Assembly: GCF_006345805.1 (NCBI RefSeq)
Contig: NC_043017.1
Location: 8,928,001-8,992,000, forward strand
From: Octopus sinensis
Lineage: Eukaryota
Length of the DNA stretch: 64,000 nucleotides
Direction of reading: 5' to 3'
Part shown: piece by piece, positions 12,580 through 26,296 of the stretch
Numbering within the stretch: the first letter of the stretch is position 1
How the letters are laid out: every line of letters begins with the position of its first letter
Position numbers and translations under genes: made by a program
The notes under the pieces: generated by a model
Database searches by the model: none
What the model was told of the DNA's origin: nothing
Seen by the model: only the letters and a program-made list of their open reading frames with translations

Positions 12580-12840
12580 CTGGCATACTGGCACTCCGCC
12601 GGGTTCCAGTTGATCCAATCAACAGAACAGCTTGCTCGTGAAATTAACATGCAAGTGGCTGAGTACTCCACAGACACGTGTACCCTTAATGTAGATCTGA
12701 GGGATATTCAGTGCGATACAGGGTGTGACAAAGCTGGCCCTTTTTTGAAATACAGGTACTACACATTTTTGCCAGATGAGTAGACTGGAGCAATGTGAAA
12801 TGAAGTATCTTGCTCAAGAGCATAGCACATTGCCAGGAAT
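12580..12840 (-). mobile_element. CORE-like SINE, family D (related copies at 44980-45230, 16360-16505, 45860-46140)
   Basis: Minus strand CTTGAGCAAGATACTTCATTTCACATTGCTCCAGTCTACTCA resembles the CORE domain; body shared with 44980-45230. Confidence 0.65.
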
Positions 12841-12905
12841 ACATACATAAATACATACATGCATATGTACATAGATACATATGTGTATGTATTTGTGTGT
12901 GTGTG

Positions 12906-12937
<32 letters not shown>

Positions 12938-13067
12938 TAGTAAGTCCAAAAAAAAACAAAGAACAAACACAAAAAAAAACAACCTGTGGACGTGGTACAT
13001 GTAAAATATTAGCAGACACTCAGGGAAGGAAAGAAGGGTGGTTTTACATTTCGAGCAAATCTCTTAT

Positions 13068-13585
13068 CATCCTCATCATCATTTAATGTCTGTTGTCCAT
13101 GCTGGCATGGGTTGGACGGTTTGAGAGGCTGGAAGGCTGTACCAAACTCTAGTCTGATTTGGCACGATTCCTATAGCTTGATGCCCTTCCTAATGCCAAC
13201 CACTCCAAGAGAGTAATGGGTGTTTTTATATTCCACCACCATGGGTACTATTTGTGTGACACCAGTATTTGTCATAGCTGTGATTTTACTTGATGGGTCT
13301 TCTTCTCAAGCATGACATAATGCCAAAGGTCTCGGTCACTAGTCATTGCTTCTGTGAGGCCCAAAGTTTGAAGATCATGCTTCACCACCTCGTCTCATGT
13401 CTTCCTAGGTCTAACCCTACCACAGGTTCCCTCTACAGTTAGAGATCAGCACTTCCTTACACAGCTGTCCTCATCCATATGCATCACATGACCATACCAG
13501 CACAGTTATCTTTCTTGCACACCACATCTGATGCTGCTTATGCCCAAATTTTCTCTCATGATGCTTACACTCTATCGAGCATGAT
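13068..13585 (-). mobile_element. RTE LINE 3' end (ORF2 C-terminus, UTR, (ATG)n tail)
   Basis: Homologous to 8460-8780 and to the 6820 tail. Confidence 0.8.
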
Positions 13586-13589
13586 GTTA

Positions 13590-14360
13590 TGTAGTTATGT
13601 AGGTCCTTCTGGATATTTTTTTCCAAAAAAGGGCCAGTTTCATCACAGTTGAATACCTGTTGTGCAATGTAACCCTCGGCTGTGATGAGCTGGCAGAATT
13701 CACACACAAAATCCTCAGCTGCCTTCGTGTCAAAACTTGCTGCTTCTCCATTCTTGACGACACCGTGAAGACCAGTCCTCTTCTTGAAATTATCAAACCA
13801 GTCATAACTGGCCTTAAATATGTCTGCTTATGTCTCCTCCATTGATGTTCCAGGGTTCTGCTTCAGGTGATCCCCATACAGTGCTTGTGCTTTGTTGTAA
13901 TGGCCTTGATCTCATCCTTTTTCTTCAGGATGGTGCAGATCGTTGACATGTTTCGGTCATATCGATGTGCTGTGTCGTCCACACTCCTCTCTCATGTTGA
14001 TCAATAATTTCCTTCTTCAATTCTATCACAATCAGCTTTTTCTTCTCAGCACTGTCCTTCACATTAACCTCTTTAGGACCCATGGCTAACAAAATGAATT
14101 ATTATACAATAATAACAAAAACACACAAAACCAAAAAAAAACACTGGGAAAAACACAACAGGGATGCTGCCATAATGAGATAAACACATGAACTGAGTGA
14201 GTGGAGGCTGCGCTTGTTGGGAGAGCTCAGCATCGACTAGGGGTCACTTGTATAAAACTTGCTTGTGCTGTGGATTTCCGTTTGTAATTCAAGACAAAAA
14301 TTTGCACGAGCCTCGGCTTGTGCAGCAACAATGGTGCACTCGTACTGCAAGGTTCTACTG
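13590..14360 (-). mobile_element. Tigger/pogo-family DNA transposon fossil, internally deleted
   Basis: MGPKEVNVKDSAEKKKL..IELKKEIIDQHERG...STICTILKKKDEIK (CENP-B-type HTH); GEAASFDTKAAEDF...QVFNCDETG.FWKK..RRTYIT; terminus CAGTAGAACCTTGCAGTACG at 14360-14341. Confidence 0.8.
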
Positions 14361-14757
14361 TGTGTGTGTGTGTTTGTCTACCACCACCACCACCACTTAA
14401 CAACCAGTGTTGGTGCGTTTATGTCCCCATAACTTAGTGGTTCAGCAAAAGGGGCTGATAGAACAAGTGCCAGATTTAGCCCAAAAATTAAGTACTGGGG
14501 GTCTATTCATTTGACAAAAGATTCTTCAAGGTGCTGCCCCAGCATGGCCGCAGTCTAATGACTGAAACAAGTGAAAGGATAAAAGAATAAAAAAATATAT
14601 ATAGACACACACCACACACACACACACACACATGCAACACAACACAAAGCATGCAGGTCTATACATGCAGTGACATCCATGCTTGTGCACACACATATGT
14701 ATATACACCACATACACGGACACATGCATACATGTCTACATACATGCATACACACAC

Positions 14758-14791
<34 letters not shown>

Positions 14792-15544
14792 ATGCATACA
14801 AACGTACACACATACATACATACATATATACACTCATACATTTACATGCAACAAAGCTATTGCTGCTGCCTAAATTATAAATTCCAGTGAAAGAGCTTTG
14901 TTTTTGGTTTATATGTTTGTGTGTGTGTGTGTGTGTGTGAAGGTATATCTGTATGTACGTATGCATGCTTATGTATATATATATATATGTCTATATATAT
15001 ACACACTCAGGCACACCAATGATCAATTATAAAATTCAGGATTGGACTGGGTGTTGCAATTGTTATGAATTAAATGACCAAAACTATGCTGTAGTAGTAG
15101 TAGTAGTGGTGGTGGTGGTGGTGGTGGTGGTGGTGGTGGTAGTGGTGTGTAATGATGTCTGTCATCAGTGTGGGGGTAGTAATAATAATGAATAATGTTG
15201 AATTGTTATATGGATATGGTAGTGGTGGTGGTGGTGGTGGCGGCGGTGGTGGTGGTGGTGGTGATGGTGGCAGTGGTGATGGTGGTAGTGGTGGTGGTGT
15301 ATATGGCAGTGGTGATGGTGGTAGTGGTGGTGGTGTATATGCCAGTAGTGGCTATTCTAGAAGTCGTAATCATTGCTGTTGTTTAGCCCTTGGTTAAACA
15401 TGACTATGAAGCCAAAGTCATTCCAGCTGTGACCAGTCTGTCTTTTTTTATTTAGGAGTGTCTAGTATCCATCACCCTTTACAGGAGTCTCCAAGACTTG
15501 GTGACAAAGGAGGACCTGTGAAGGCCAAGGGTACTAGAGGTACT

Positions 15545-16062
15545 AGAAAGGGTATGGCCTGGTCAGCCTGTAATGACATGCATAATATCTGGTCATCAAA
15601 TCTAAGTAGAGACTTCAAACTTGAAATCTTCAAAGCCACAGTCAAATCAATTCTACTATATGGCTCAGAAACCTGGACGTTATCAAAGAAGCTTGAGAGG
15701 CAGTTGGATGAAACCTACACTCGCCTCCTTATAAGAGCTCAAAATCTCTCGTGGAAGCGCCATCCAACCAAAATGCAAATATATGGGAAACTACCACCTG
15801 TGTCATCTCTTGTGAAAGGTAGGAGAGTCCAGTTTGCTGGACATGGTTGTAGAGCTGAAAAAGAGGTAATTTCTACTCTCCTCCTCTGGAAGCCATCTAC
15901 TCGCAATGTCAGAGGGCGCACACTCTCCTACCCTGATGTAATCTCCAGGGATACAGGCATCCAGCAACAGGACCTCCGTAATGCCATGATGGACCGTGAA
16001 GTCTGGCGTAGCATGGTAAATTCCATTGTCTCGACCACGGTCGAACAATGAATGAATGAAAG
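15545..16062 (+). mobile_element. RTE-X-like LINE 3' fragment with (ATGA)n tail
   Basis: AWSACNDMHNIWSSNLSRDFKLEIFKATVKSILLYGSETWTL...RRVQFAGH...DREVWRSMV...*, then ATGAATGAATGAA. Confidence 0.8.
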
Positions 16063-16804
16063 AGGCCATAACAGGGGGAATGCAAAGTATGTGAATTGCA
16101 CACAAGGTTGCTTATATGCATGTGTTTGCTATAATTGTCTGTATGTTTTCTTTTAATCTTTTAGTTTGATAAGAAGACAGTACCCCATCATCCATTTCAA
16201 GGCCTTCAAGACAGATGGGAGGGTGGAAGGCACAAGTCTGGGCAAGGCTGTTTATGGAAGACCAGTGGTTGCCCATACCAGCACCCTCCTCTCAACCCCA
16301 CCAATATTATCCAAGGGAAAGATGAAGGCCAATAAAGTGAGGCACCAGTGATGGCGCAATCTATTTCTGCAGCTGAGTGAACTTGAACAATAACAAAAAT
16401 AAAGTGTCTTGCTCAAGAACACAATACACAGCCCAATGCAGGAATCGAACTCACTATCTCATGATTGTGAACCTAATGCTCTAACCACTGAGCCATGCAC
16501 CTTCACAAAAGACAGAATAACAATAAAATTATAACAATAAAATCTTCAAATGAGGGAGACTTCCAAGGGCTGCTCGTGGAAACCCCACAAAACCAACAAT
16601 TGCCTTGACCTCTAGGGCAAGTGCCCTCTCCACTTCATCTACCTTGATCTAGAGGCACATGCTTAGAGTAGGGACACTGGTGATATTACAGGCAGAAGTG
16701 GTGGTGGTGATGGTGGTGGTGGTGATGGTGGTGGTGGTGGTGGTGGTGGTGATGGTGGTGGTGATGGTGGTGGTGGTGGTGATGGTGGTGGCGGTGATGG
16801 TGGT

Positions 16805-17020
16805 GTAATATCATTCACCCACCTTTTAACAAAATTGCAGGGAGGTATCATGTTCCCTTCTACTCTCACTTTCCTCTTCAAAAAGTTGATGAGGGTTTGG
16901 CCAAAGAGGAAAGCGTCTGTCTTTAGCCCTTTCAACCTGGACCACCACACAACCTCTTTCACGAAAGCCATCAGACAAAGAAACACTACTTGCCCTTCTC
17001 AACCAAAGGAACGTGGTGGG
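16805..17020 (-). mobile_element. Probable L1/Tx1-like LINE ORF2 C-terminal fragment
   Basis: VFLCLMAFVKEVVWWSRLKGLKTDAFLFGQTLINFLKRKVRVE...FVKRWVN resembles Tx1-type ORF2 ends (recalled similarity only). Confidence 0.45.
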
Positions 17021-17065
17021 GCAATCTTCATGACGATAATGATAACAATAATCATGATGATAATG

Positions 17066-17100
<35 letters not shown>

Positions 17101-17104
17101 CCTT

Positions 17105-17313
17105 TCTACTATAGGCACAAGGCCTGAAATTTGGAGTGGGGGACTAAGTTGATTTCATCAACCCCAGTGTCTCACTGGTACTTAATTTATCGACCCCGAA
17201 AAGATGAAATGCAAAGTCGACTCTAGCAACATTTGAACTCAGAATGTGAAAACAGACAAAGTACCACTAAGTGTCTCGCCTGGCATGCTAATGGTTCTGC
17301 CATCTCACTGCCT
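17105..17313 (-). mobile_element. SINE family B
   Basis: Reverse complement of the 26297 consensus; A- and B-box-like motifs. Confidence 0.8.
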
Positions 17314-17316
17314 TTA

Positions 17317-17352
<36 letters not shown>

Positions 17353-19087
17353 TAATAATAATAATAATAATAATTAATAGAATATAGTAAGAGGGTTGCC
17401 TCATTAAGTTGGTGCTGTCAACATTTTTGACATGAGCTAACTTGTTTATTTTGACAATGGAAATGGATATTCTGTGGTACCACCACCACCACCACCACCA
17501 CAACTACCATCACCATCATCACTACCATTGCTAATGCTATCACTGTTACCTCAACTATTACCACTGACCCACCTGTTATGAATATATCATCATCCCACTA
17601 CCACCACCACCACCACCACCACCAAAGCAACAACAACTACAATCGCAACCACCACCACTAAAACAGCAACAACCATCATGACCACCACAATCACAACCAT
17701 CACCACAACCACTACTGTTACCACCATCACCACCACCACCACTTCTGCCTGTAATACCACTATCAGCACCAGTACTCCTGTTCCCTCCTCTCTAATACCA
17801 CCACTACCATCACAACCAGCAGCAGCACCACCACCACCACCACCAGTGTCCCTGCCATCACCACCACCCCTTCCATCAACACCACTGATGCCCCTGCCAT
17901 CTCCACCACCACCACTTGCAACACCAATACTTCTCTAATAACATGAATACCCCCCCACTCCCGTCTGTGCCACCAACACCATCAACAGTTGTACCATCAC
18001 CTCCAACATAAGAGGCCTCTGTGCAATTTGCTCCACCTGCTATAAATAATAGTCAAATTGCCCTCAAAGTTCACACAACTGTTGAAAAAGTAAACGGATA
18101 TATTAGATAATGTGGTTTTGGATTTCCAGCACACAGAAAAGAGACAGGATGGTCACCATTGGAATGCTTTTAATCATAGTTCTGTTTAATCAGGTTTGAC
18201 CTTGGGCTAAATAACAACAACCAACAACAACAGTATCATCAATAAGATAATTTGACATAACAGGATCTGTGGCTACTGGAGCTGCTAGAAATAGCAACCA
18301 AATTCTCTCAAATCTACTTCTTAAAAAAACGACAGATTAGCTGGATCTATTGGAGATGGTTGCCACAGATAGGACCTTACCCCCATGACTTTTAAGAACT
18401 CTTGCTTAAGGATTCTTGGCCCCATGACTCTCCCAGGAACAAGTGGGTGAAGAAGATGAGATGAGATGAGAATGATGTGATTGAGATTGAAGATTAAAGA
18501 ATTGAGCATACTAATGTTGACTTTGAGATGTTGACAAAGACGAGGTCTAAAATGTTAAATTTGATGGCAAAATCTTTTTATTCAACTGTTATTATTTTTT
18601 TTTTTTGAAGTTTTGCAATTAAAAATTGTTACTTTTCTCTTAAATAAAACATCCATGAACTCAGTTGGTCTTGCTTGGGTATCTAACCAGATCAATCAGA
18701 GATGACTGCTTCTGATAGAACCCAATGGAAGGCGTGCTTGAGGACTCTTACCCCCAACAACCTTGCCAGGAATAAGTAGAAAAACATGAAATGAAATGTG
18801 ATGAGAACAATGTGATTGAAACTGAATATAACAGATTTGACTATGATGATGATAACTTTGAAACATTGACAAGGTTGACGTCTAAAATGTCAAATTTGAC
18901 TGGAAAATCCTTTTATTCAACCTTTTTTTTTCAAAGGGTTTTGTACTAAAAAATTATTACTTTCCCCTTAGACGGTGGATTACTCATTGGTTTAAGTAGC
19001 AAAGTATGGGCTGTTTTGGCTCAGCCATTTTAGTGCCGCAGATTCAACACTGAATCATTTGACATCAGATATGTTTAATGCTTCTCT

Positions 19088-19142
<55 letters not shown>

Positions 19143-19177
19143 AGCATCTAATCATGTTTTTAAGCATGTCTAATGTT

Positions 19178-19208
<31 letters not shown>

Positions 19209-20439
19209 ATCACTTCCTCAATTCTATATGTGTGTGTTTCTGTACACACACACACACGTGTGTGTGAATGTGTGTGTTTGCCCTGCAGCACCAAGACGCA
19301 CTGCAACCAAAACAAGTTGAATGTTCACTCAGATGTGCCAAATTGTCTGCATCCAAGCAGCTGCACCCAATTGTCTCATTCCAGTAGTGCAGTGGTGGTG
19401 GTGGTGGTAGGGGTTAGTCCTACTAATTGTTGTTGTTGTTGTTGTGGTAATAGTGGTGGTGGTTGCGGTTGTGTTGGTTGCAATAATCCTAAACCAGTAA
19501 TTATGAACATTAGGAGATAAACATGTGTTGCTTAACTACGTTGACTTATGGGGTCACTTAAGCCGATAAAGGTCTACCTTCTTGGCAGTTCCTTGGAAAT
19601 CGAAGAACTTATTCGGTTATTAGACTGTGGCCATGCTGAAGCACCAACTTGAAGAATTTCGGTTGAACGAATTGACCTCCCTCACCGTACTTTTTTTTTT
19701 TAAGCCCGGTACTTATTCTATCGGATTCTTTTGCCAAACTGCTAAGTTAGGAAGATGTAAACACACCAACACCAGTTGTTAGGCAGATGTAAGAGACAAA
19801 CACAAACACACATGCACATGCACACATACAGACACCCACCCACATATAACAGATTTCTTTTAGTTTCTGTCTACCAAATCTGGCCACAAGGCTTTGGTTG
19901 ATTGAAGACTATAATAGGAAATACGACTTTGCCTTTCATCCTTTCGGGGTTGATAAAAAAAAGTACCAGTTTCGCACTAGGGTCGATGTAATCGACTTAA
20001 TCCCTTTGTCTGTCCTTGTTTGTCCTCTCTATGTTTAGCCCCTTGTGGGCAATAAAGAAATATATAATAGAAAATACCTGCCCAAAGTTCCACACTGTGG
20101 GACTGAACCTGGAATCATGTGGTTGGGAAGCAAACTTCTTACCACACAGCCATGTTGTCCAATCTACATCTCGAACAATGTATTTAGGATCACATTATGC
20201 AATATATTCTTCTGTTTTTGTTTTATTTTTGAGAACAGCAGGGTAGGATCTGAGCAAGATTTGGCAAGTCAGGCCACAACTGACAAAATACGCTGCTGTT
20301 GTTGTTGTTCTTCTTCTTTTGCCACCAGGTGAGGCCCATTGATCGTAGGCCAATCTAAGTCAGGGCTGCCCGAGGTCTAGATGGCAACAACAGCAACAAG
20401 CACATTTTGAAATATCTCATCTTCATCATCATCACCACC

Positions 20440-20472
<33 letters not shown>

Positions 20473-20502
20473 ATCAACATCATCATCATCATCATCATTA
20501 CC

Positions 20503-20549
<47 letters not shown>

Positions 20550-21259
20550 TACCTTCTTCATCATCATCATCATCATCATCATCATAATCATCATCATCAT
20601 CGTTTAACGTCCATTTTGCTTGCTGACCCCGAAAGGATGAAAGGCAAAGTCGACCTCAGTGGGATTTGAACTCAGAACGTAAGAAACGGACGAAATACCG
20701 CTAAGCATTTTGCCCAGCGTGCTAACGATTCTGCCAGCTTGCTGCCTTTAAATAATAATAATGATGATGATAATGATGTTGATAATGATGATGTTCCCTT
20801 CTACAAAAGGCACAGAGCCTTGAATTTTGGGAGTGAGGATTAACCAATTGCACTGAACCCAGTGCTCAACCAGGACTAACTTCATTGACCCCAAACATAT
20901 GAAAGGCAAAGCTGACCTTGGCAGAATTTGAACTCAGAACTTAAAGACACACGAAATGCCACGAAGCATTATTTTGTCCTGCGTTCTAATGATTCCGTCA
21001 ACTTACTGCCTCCCCACATTCTTAGATAATAAGGTTTATTTTGTAAATTGATTTTCAGAAATTGCGGTGTGGAGAAAGGGTCAACGTCAAGGAGATCCCT
21101 GAAAGGACGAGGCATGATTATGTAATACTGTTTTGGTTAATATGTTTATCTGTTAGGGAGCACATCTTGATCCCTCCACCACTGCCAACATCCTTCCCCC
21201 ATGGAAAGGATCTAGTATGGCACCACAATATGAAAGCAACAACAGCAACATTAATGATT

Positions 21260-21349
21260 GTACTAGTAGTAGTAGTAGTAGTAGCGGTTGTAGTAGTAGT
21301 GGTAGTAGCAGTAGTAGTAGTAGTAGTAGTAGCGGTTGTAGTAGTAGTG

Positions 21350-21387
<38 letters not shown>

Positions 21388-21425
21388 AGTGGTGGTGGTG
21401 GTGGTGGTTGTAGTAGTAGTAGTAA

Positions 21426-21474
<49 letters not shown>

Positions 21475-21650
21475 GGTGGTTGTAGTAGTAGTGGTAGTAG
21501 CAGTAGTAGTAGTTGTAATAGTAATGGAGGTAGTGGTAGTGGAAATGGTGGTGGTGGTTGTAGAAGTAGTAGTAGTAGTAGCAGCAGTAGTGGTGGTGGA
21601 AGGGGTTGGCAGTAGTGGCGGTAGTGATGGTGGTGGTAGTAGTAGTAATT
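21260..21650. repeat. Long (GTA/GTG)n trinucleotide tract
   Basis: Direct reading; source of the spurious poly-V, poly-T and poly-S ORFs. Confidence 0.95.
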
Positions 21651-22124
21651 TAAACCCCTTTACTCCATTTCCACTCACCAGCCAGCCCCATTGCAAAAAA
21701 AAAAAGACCTATGATTAAAAGCATTCCAGCCATGGCCATCCCGTTTTTTTTCTCTCCACTGTGCTGGGGAGAATCCATCACCCACATTACACAGTACGTC
21801 CTTCTCAAAAACTGTAGGCAGGTTGTGATTTGAGGGAGATTCGGCTGCAGTTTCTTGCAGGTCATGCAACAGCGTACAGACTTCCTTCCACTCAAAAAAC
21901 AATAGCAGTAGTAGTAGTAGTGGTAGTAGTAGTAGGTGTTAGTCTTACTAGTAGTTATAGTGGTGGTAATAGTGCTAATTAGCTTAGTTAATTTGGCAAT
22001 TGTTGAAGGCTAATTAACACTTAATTGGCATCACCCACATAACTGCTGTCATTAGCAATGTCCTGCTATAAGTTCCTTTGTCTTGCATTCATTTGCTGTC
22101 AACACTGAACTGGTCACCGATCTA

Positions 22125-22625
22125 CACCTATGTGTGTGTGTGTGTGTGTGTGTGAGTGCGTGTGTGTGTGCATGCACATGAGTGTGCGTGCGTGTATGCC
22201 TGTGCATGTATGATTGCATATGTGTGGGTGTAGAATTGTTTGTGTGCTGGTAGAAGTGTTTGTACGTGTGCGTGTGCTATGTGTGTGTGTGTGTATTTGT
22301 GTCTGTATAGGTGTGTGGGTTTTTGTATGTGTGTGCATGCATGCGTGTGTGTATGTGTGAGCATGCACGCATGTGTGTATCTGTGCATTTATGTGTGTGT
22401 ATGTCTGTCTATGAATGTACAGTTGTCTATGCGTGAGAGAGTGTAGAGCTGTCTGCATATGTGTGTGCATATGTATGTGTATGTGTGCAATGGATGCACA
22501 TGTGTATCTGTGCATGTATGTCTGTGTATTTCTGTGTCTATGAGTGTACAATTGTCTATATGTGTGAGAGTAGAGCTGTCTGCATATGTGTGTGCATATG
22601 TTTGCATTTTTGTGCATAGAGCTGT
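22125..22625. repeat. Degenerate (GT)n tract
   Basis: Direct reading. Confidence 0.9.
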
Positions 22626-22926
22626 ATATGCCAGGCAACCTGATGAAATACATCATTCCAATACATTTCAGACTTTCTTTTGTACACAGATGGGTTGAAA
22701 CGGTTGTAGTGAATAATAAAGAGTCTTGTGAATCCCTTTTTCTTTCTCTCATATTTCTATAAGCTCTATGAACACAAAGAAATTCCTGAAGTTAATCCAG
22801 CGGCATATACACCCATACAGTTGATGACATCAGGTAGCCAAATACTGTGGATGGGCTTTAAACTGTATACTACAAGGCATATGCCTGCATATAAAATTAT
22901 TGCATACACACACACACATGCACATG

Positions 22927-22961
<35 letters not shown>

Positions 22962-22964
22962 CTA

Positions 22965-23195
22965 TTTCTTTATTGCCCACAAGGGCCTAAACACAGAGGG
23001 GACAAACAAGGACAGACATAGGTATTAAGTCGATTACATCGACCCCAGTGCGAAACTGGTACTTAATTTATTGACCCCAAAAGGATGAAAGGCAAAGTCG
23101 ACCTCGGCGGAATTTGAACTCAGAAAGTAACGGCAGATGAAATACGGCTACGCATTTCGCCCGGAGTGCTAACATTTCTGCCAGCTCGCCGCCTT
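22965..23195 (-). mobile_element. SINE family B, near full length
   Basis: High similarity to 26297-26525 on the opposite strand. Confidence 0.9.
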
Positions 23196-24324
23196 ATACA
23201 CACATATATATATATCATCATCATCATCATCATCATCATCGTTTAATGTCCATTTTCCATGCTGACATGGGTTGGACGGTTTGACTGAGGTCTGGCAAGC
23301 CAGTCGGCTGCACCAGGCTCCAGTCTGATCTGGCAAGGTTTCAACAGCCGGATACTCTTCCTGACAGAAACCACTCTGAGAGTGTAGTGGGTGCTTTTTA
23401 TGTGCCACCGGCATAGGAGCCAGTGATAGTATATTCCTAGGTAGCTGTAGGAAGACAGGATAATCCTAGCTGGAACATTTTGACCACAGGTCTTCTGGAT
23501 AAAAGCTAAACACCACCAACAACAAATATGACTTATTTGATCAGCCCATGTGTGTGTGTGTGTGTTTGTAGGTGGAGGTGAGGCAGTTATATCAAACCAC
23601 CTTTACATGGTCACTAAACCTGCAATATGAAATAGCAGGTGAATCTCCCTCAAATTACACATTACTGTGTTGTAAAAGACAAGAACACATTGGCATAGTA
23701 TATTTTTAGATAGTCGTAGGAAGATGGGATAATCCTAGCCAGAACGCTTTTGATCATGGGTCTGCTCAATAAGAGGTGACTTCAACAACAACAACAGCAG
23801 CAACAAGTGGTACTTATCTGATCAAGCCTGGAATTTTATTATTATTTTTTTAAAAAACTAATTAAGATTGGTGTGTAATAACACAGGGTATGTGGGTTTA
23901 ATTAGTTATTTAGATATGTTAATTAAAGCTCTCATCAAACAGCATATGGTATAATTTATTATGTATATGTAAACATGGAAGGACTTGGTGTGAATATTGT
24001 TATGGGTTAACGCCTAAGTTAATGAGAACAAGTAATGAAGGACCTAGACTGTCAGTCTCCACAGCGGGACTCACAATGTTTACATATAGTATAATAGAAA
24101 TAATAGAGCACATCCTTTATTGAGGGGGGTGGGGGTCGAGGGATGGTGGCCAGATGTGTAATTAACTTCCACTCAATGAAATTAAAAGTTTTTTACAAAT
24201 AATTATTCTTGTCTTCTGAATGAAGAGTTTTTGCTGAAAATGTTTCTCGATAGACACCTTTTTTTTTTGTTTTTCAACATTTTTGCTGTGAAATAAAGAT
24301 TTGATAGGTTTTATTAATTATCTA

Positions 24325-24556
24325 TTTCTTTACTACCCACAAGGGCTAAACATAGAGAGGACAAACAAGGACAGACAGACGGATTAAGTCGATTATATTG
24401 ACCCCAGTGTGTAACTGGTACTTAATTTATCGACCCCAAAAGGATGAAAGGCAAAGTCGACCTCGGCGGAATTTGAACTCAGAACGTAACGGCAGATGAA
24501 ATACCGCTTAGCATTTCGCCCGGCGTGCTAACGATTCTGCCGGCTCGCCGCCAGGT
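24325..24556 (-). mobile_element. SINE family B, near full length
   Basis: High similarity to 26297-26525 on the opposite strand. Confidence 0.9.
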
Positions 24557-24809
24557 TTTATTAATTATCATTGGGCTTATGACCCAACAAAATTCATTGA
24601 TTGCAACTAGGAAGCGATATATTTCTAAAATGATCAGTAATAGCATTTTTATGCAACAGAATTTCAGCCCTACCCCTAACAGATACTGCCCTCTGTTCTC
24701 TCAGCCTTAGATATACAAGGATTTGATAAACTAGTCTATAAATTAAAACTGACCCCATAAAAACAAAAAATCAGTGACAGGCAGGGTCTGTAACAATGTA
24801 TATCTTCTT

Positions 24810-25140
24810 GGAAAGCTTAGTAACTTCTCTGCTGGAGTAAGAACAGCATGTTCTTTGTCTAACTCCTTAACTTCTTGGAGATTTTAAGTATAATTATACT
24901 AATGTGTCCATCTGTTCTAATTTAATTAAATTCTATGTCTTTGTGCAACTGAGGATTGTTCTGCATTTTAAATTGATGTAATGATTGCATTGATCAATTA
25001 AATAGAGTTGCTTGAAACGATCGTACTGCATTACCTCTGGATATCCTTGTTGTTTATTTTGATTTTAATCACCTTACTTTGAAATTGTATGGATAATACC
25101 GTACTAAATTCTGGTGCCTCAACTTAAGTACCATATTCTA
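24810..25140 (+). mobile_element. Short Penelope-like/retrozyme-like repeat carrying a hammerhead motif
   Basis: Homologous to 32385-32645 (minus), 34496-34600 and 35335-35495; contains CTGAGGA...GAAACGATCGTA. Confidence 0.6.
24943..25031 (+). ncRNA. Type I hammerhead ribozyme motif (partly degenerate)
   Basis: CTGAGGA 24949-24955; GAAA 25014-25017; palindrome ACGATCGT; GTA cleavage triplet ending 25025; stem I GTGCAA/CTGCAT with one mismatch; base of stem II non-canonical. Confidence 0.55.
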
Positions 25141-25198
25141 TCTATCCATCTATATATATATATTATATATATATATATATATATAATATATATATATA

Positions 25199-25683
25199 TA
25201 TCACCGTGATCACAGTGACCAACCAGGCCATCAGATGTTGCTACACATCGCTGGTCACAATGCACTTCGCATTGTTTTAGCCTTCAAATGATGCCACCCC
25301 GTTGGCCAAGCATGCAGGCCAACAGAAGAAAAAGTGAGAGAAAGTTGTTGCAAAAGAGTATAGCAGGGATCGCCACCACCCCCTACCAGACACACACACA
25401 TATATATATATATATATGTAGTCCCTAGTCATATTGGATCCTGCCAAACTAACCATGTTCCAGGCTGGCATTCAATATGGGACATGGACGTCAAATGATG
25501 ATGATGATGATGATATGTATGTATGCATGTGTATACATATGTATGTGTGTGTGCATATGTATGTGTATGTATGTATGTGTGTGTATGTATGTATGTGTGT
25601 GTATGTATGTATGTGTGTGTATGTATGTATGTTTGTGTATGTATGTGTGTGTATGTATGTGTGTGTATGCATGTATGTATGTG

Positions 25684-25749
<66 letters not shown>

Positions 25750-26241
25750 CACCGTGATCACAGTGACCAACCAGGCCATCAGATGTTGCTACACATCGCT
25801 GGTCACAATGCACTTCGCATTGTTTTAGCCTTCAAATGATGCCACCCCGTTGGCCAAGCATGCAGGCCAACAGAAGAAAAAGTGAGAGAAAGTTGTTGCA
25901 AAAGAGTATAGCAGGGATCGCCACCACCCCCTACCAGACACACACACATATATATATATATATGTAGTCCCTAGTCATATTGGATCCTGCCAAACTAACC
26001 ATGTTCCAGGCTGGCATTCAATATGGGACATGGACGTCAAATGATGATGATGATGATGATATGTATGTATGCATGTGTATACATATGTATGTGTGTGTAT
26101 GCATGTATGTATGTGTATTTATATATATATATGTATGTATGTATGTGTGTGTATGTATGTATGTGTGTGTATGTATGTATGTTTGTGTATGTATGTGTGT
26201 GTATGTATGTGTGTGTGCATATGTATGTGTATGTATGTATG

Positions 26242-26285
<44 letters not shown>

Positions 26286-26290
26286 AACAC
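25199..26290. repeat. Tandem duplication of a ~550-bp unit (SINE 3' end, RTE-like tail and microsatellite)
   Basis: 25201-25540 and 25750-26090 are identical by eye apart from microsatellite length. Confidence 0.92.
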
Positions 26291-26296
26291 ACATAT

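Noticed and set aside
13935-13965. GAAACATGTC hammerhead-like half on the minus strand
   Set aside because: No upstream CTGANGA; lies in Tigger coding sequence
21062-21718. Long ORFs (218, 192 and 132 aa) of poly-V, poly-T and poly-S
   Set aside because: Read-through of a (GTA/GTG)n tract in several frames; the same applies to the ORFs at 29291-30694 and 33230-34097
22114-22752. 212-aa His/Thr-rich ORF
   Set aside because: (CA)n read-through, like the many YI, CV and HT ORFs in the track
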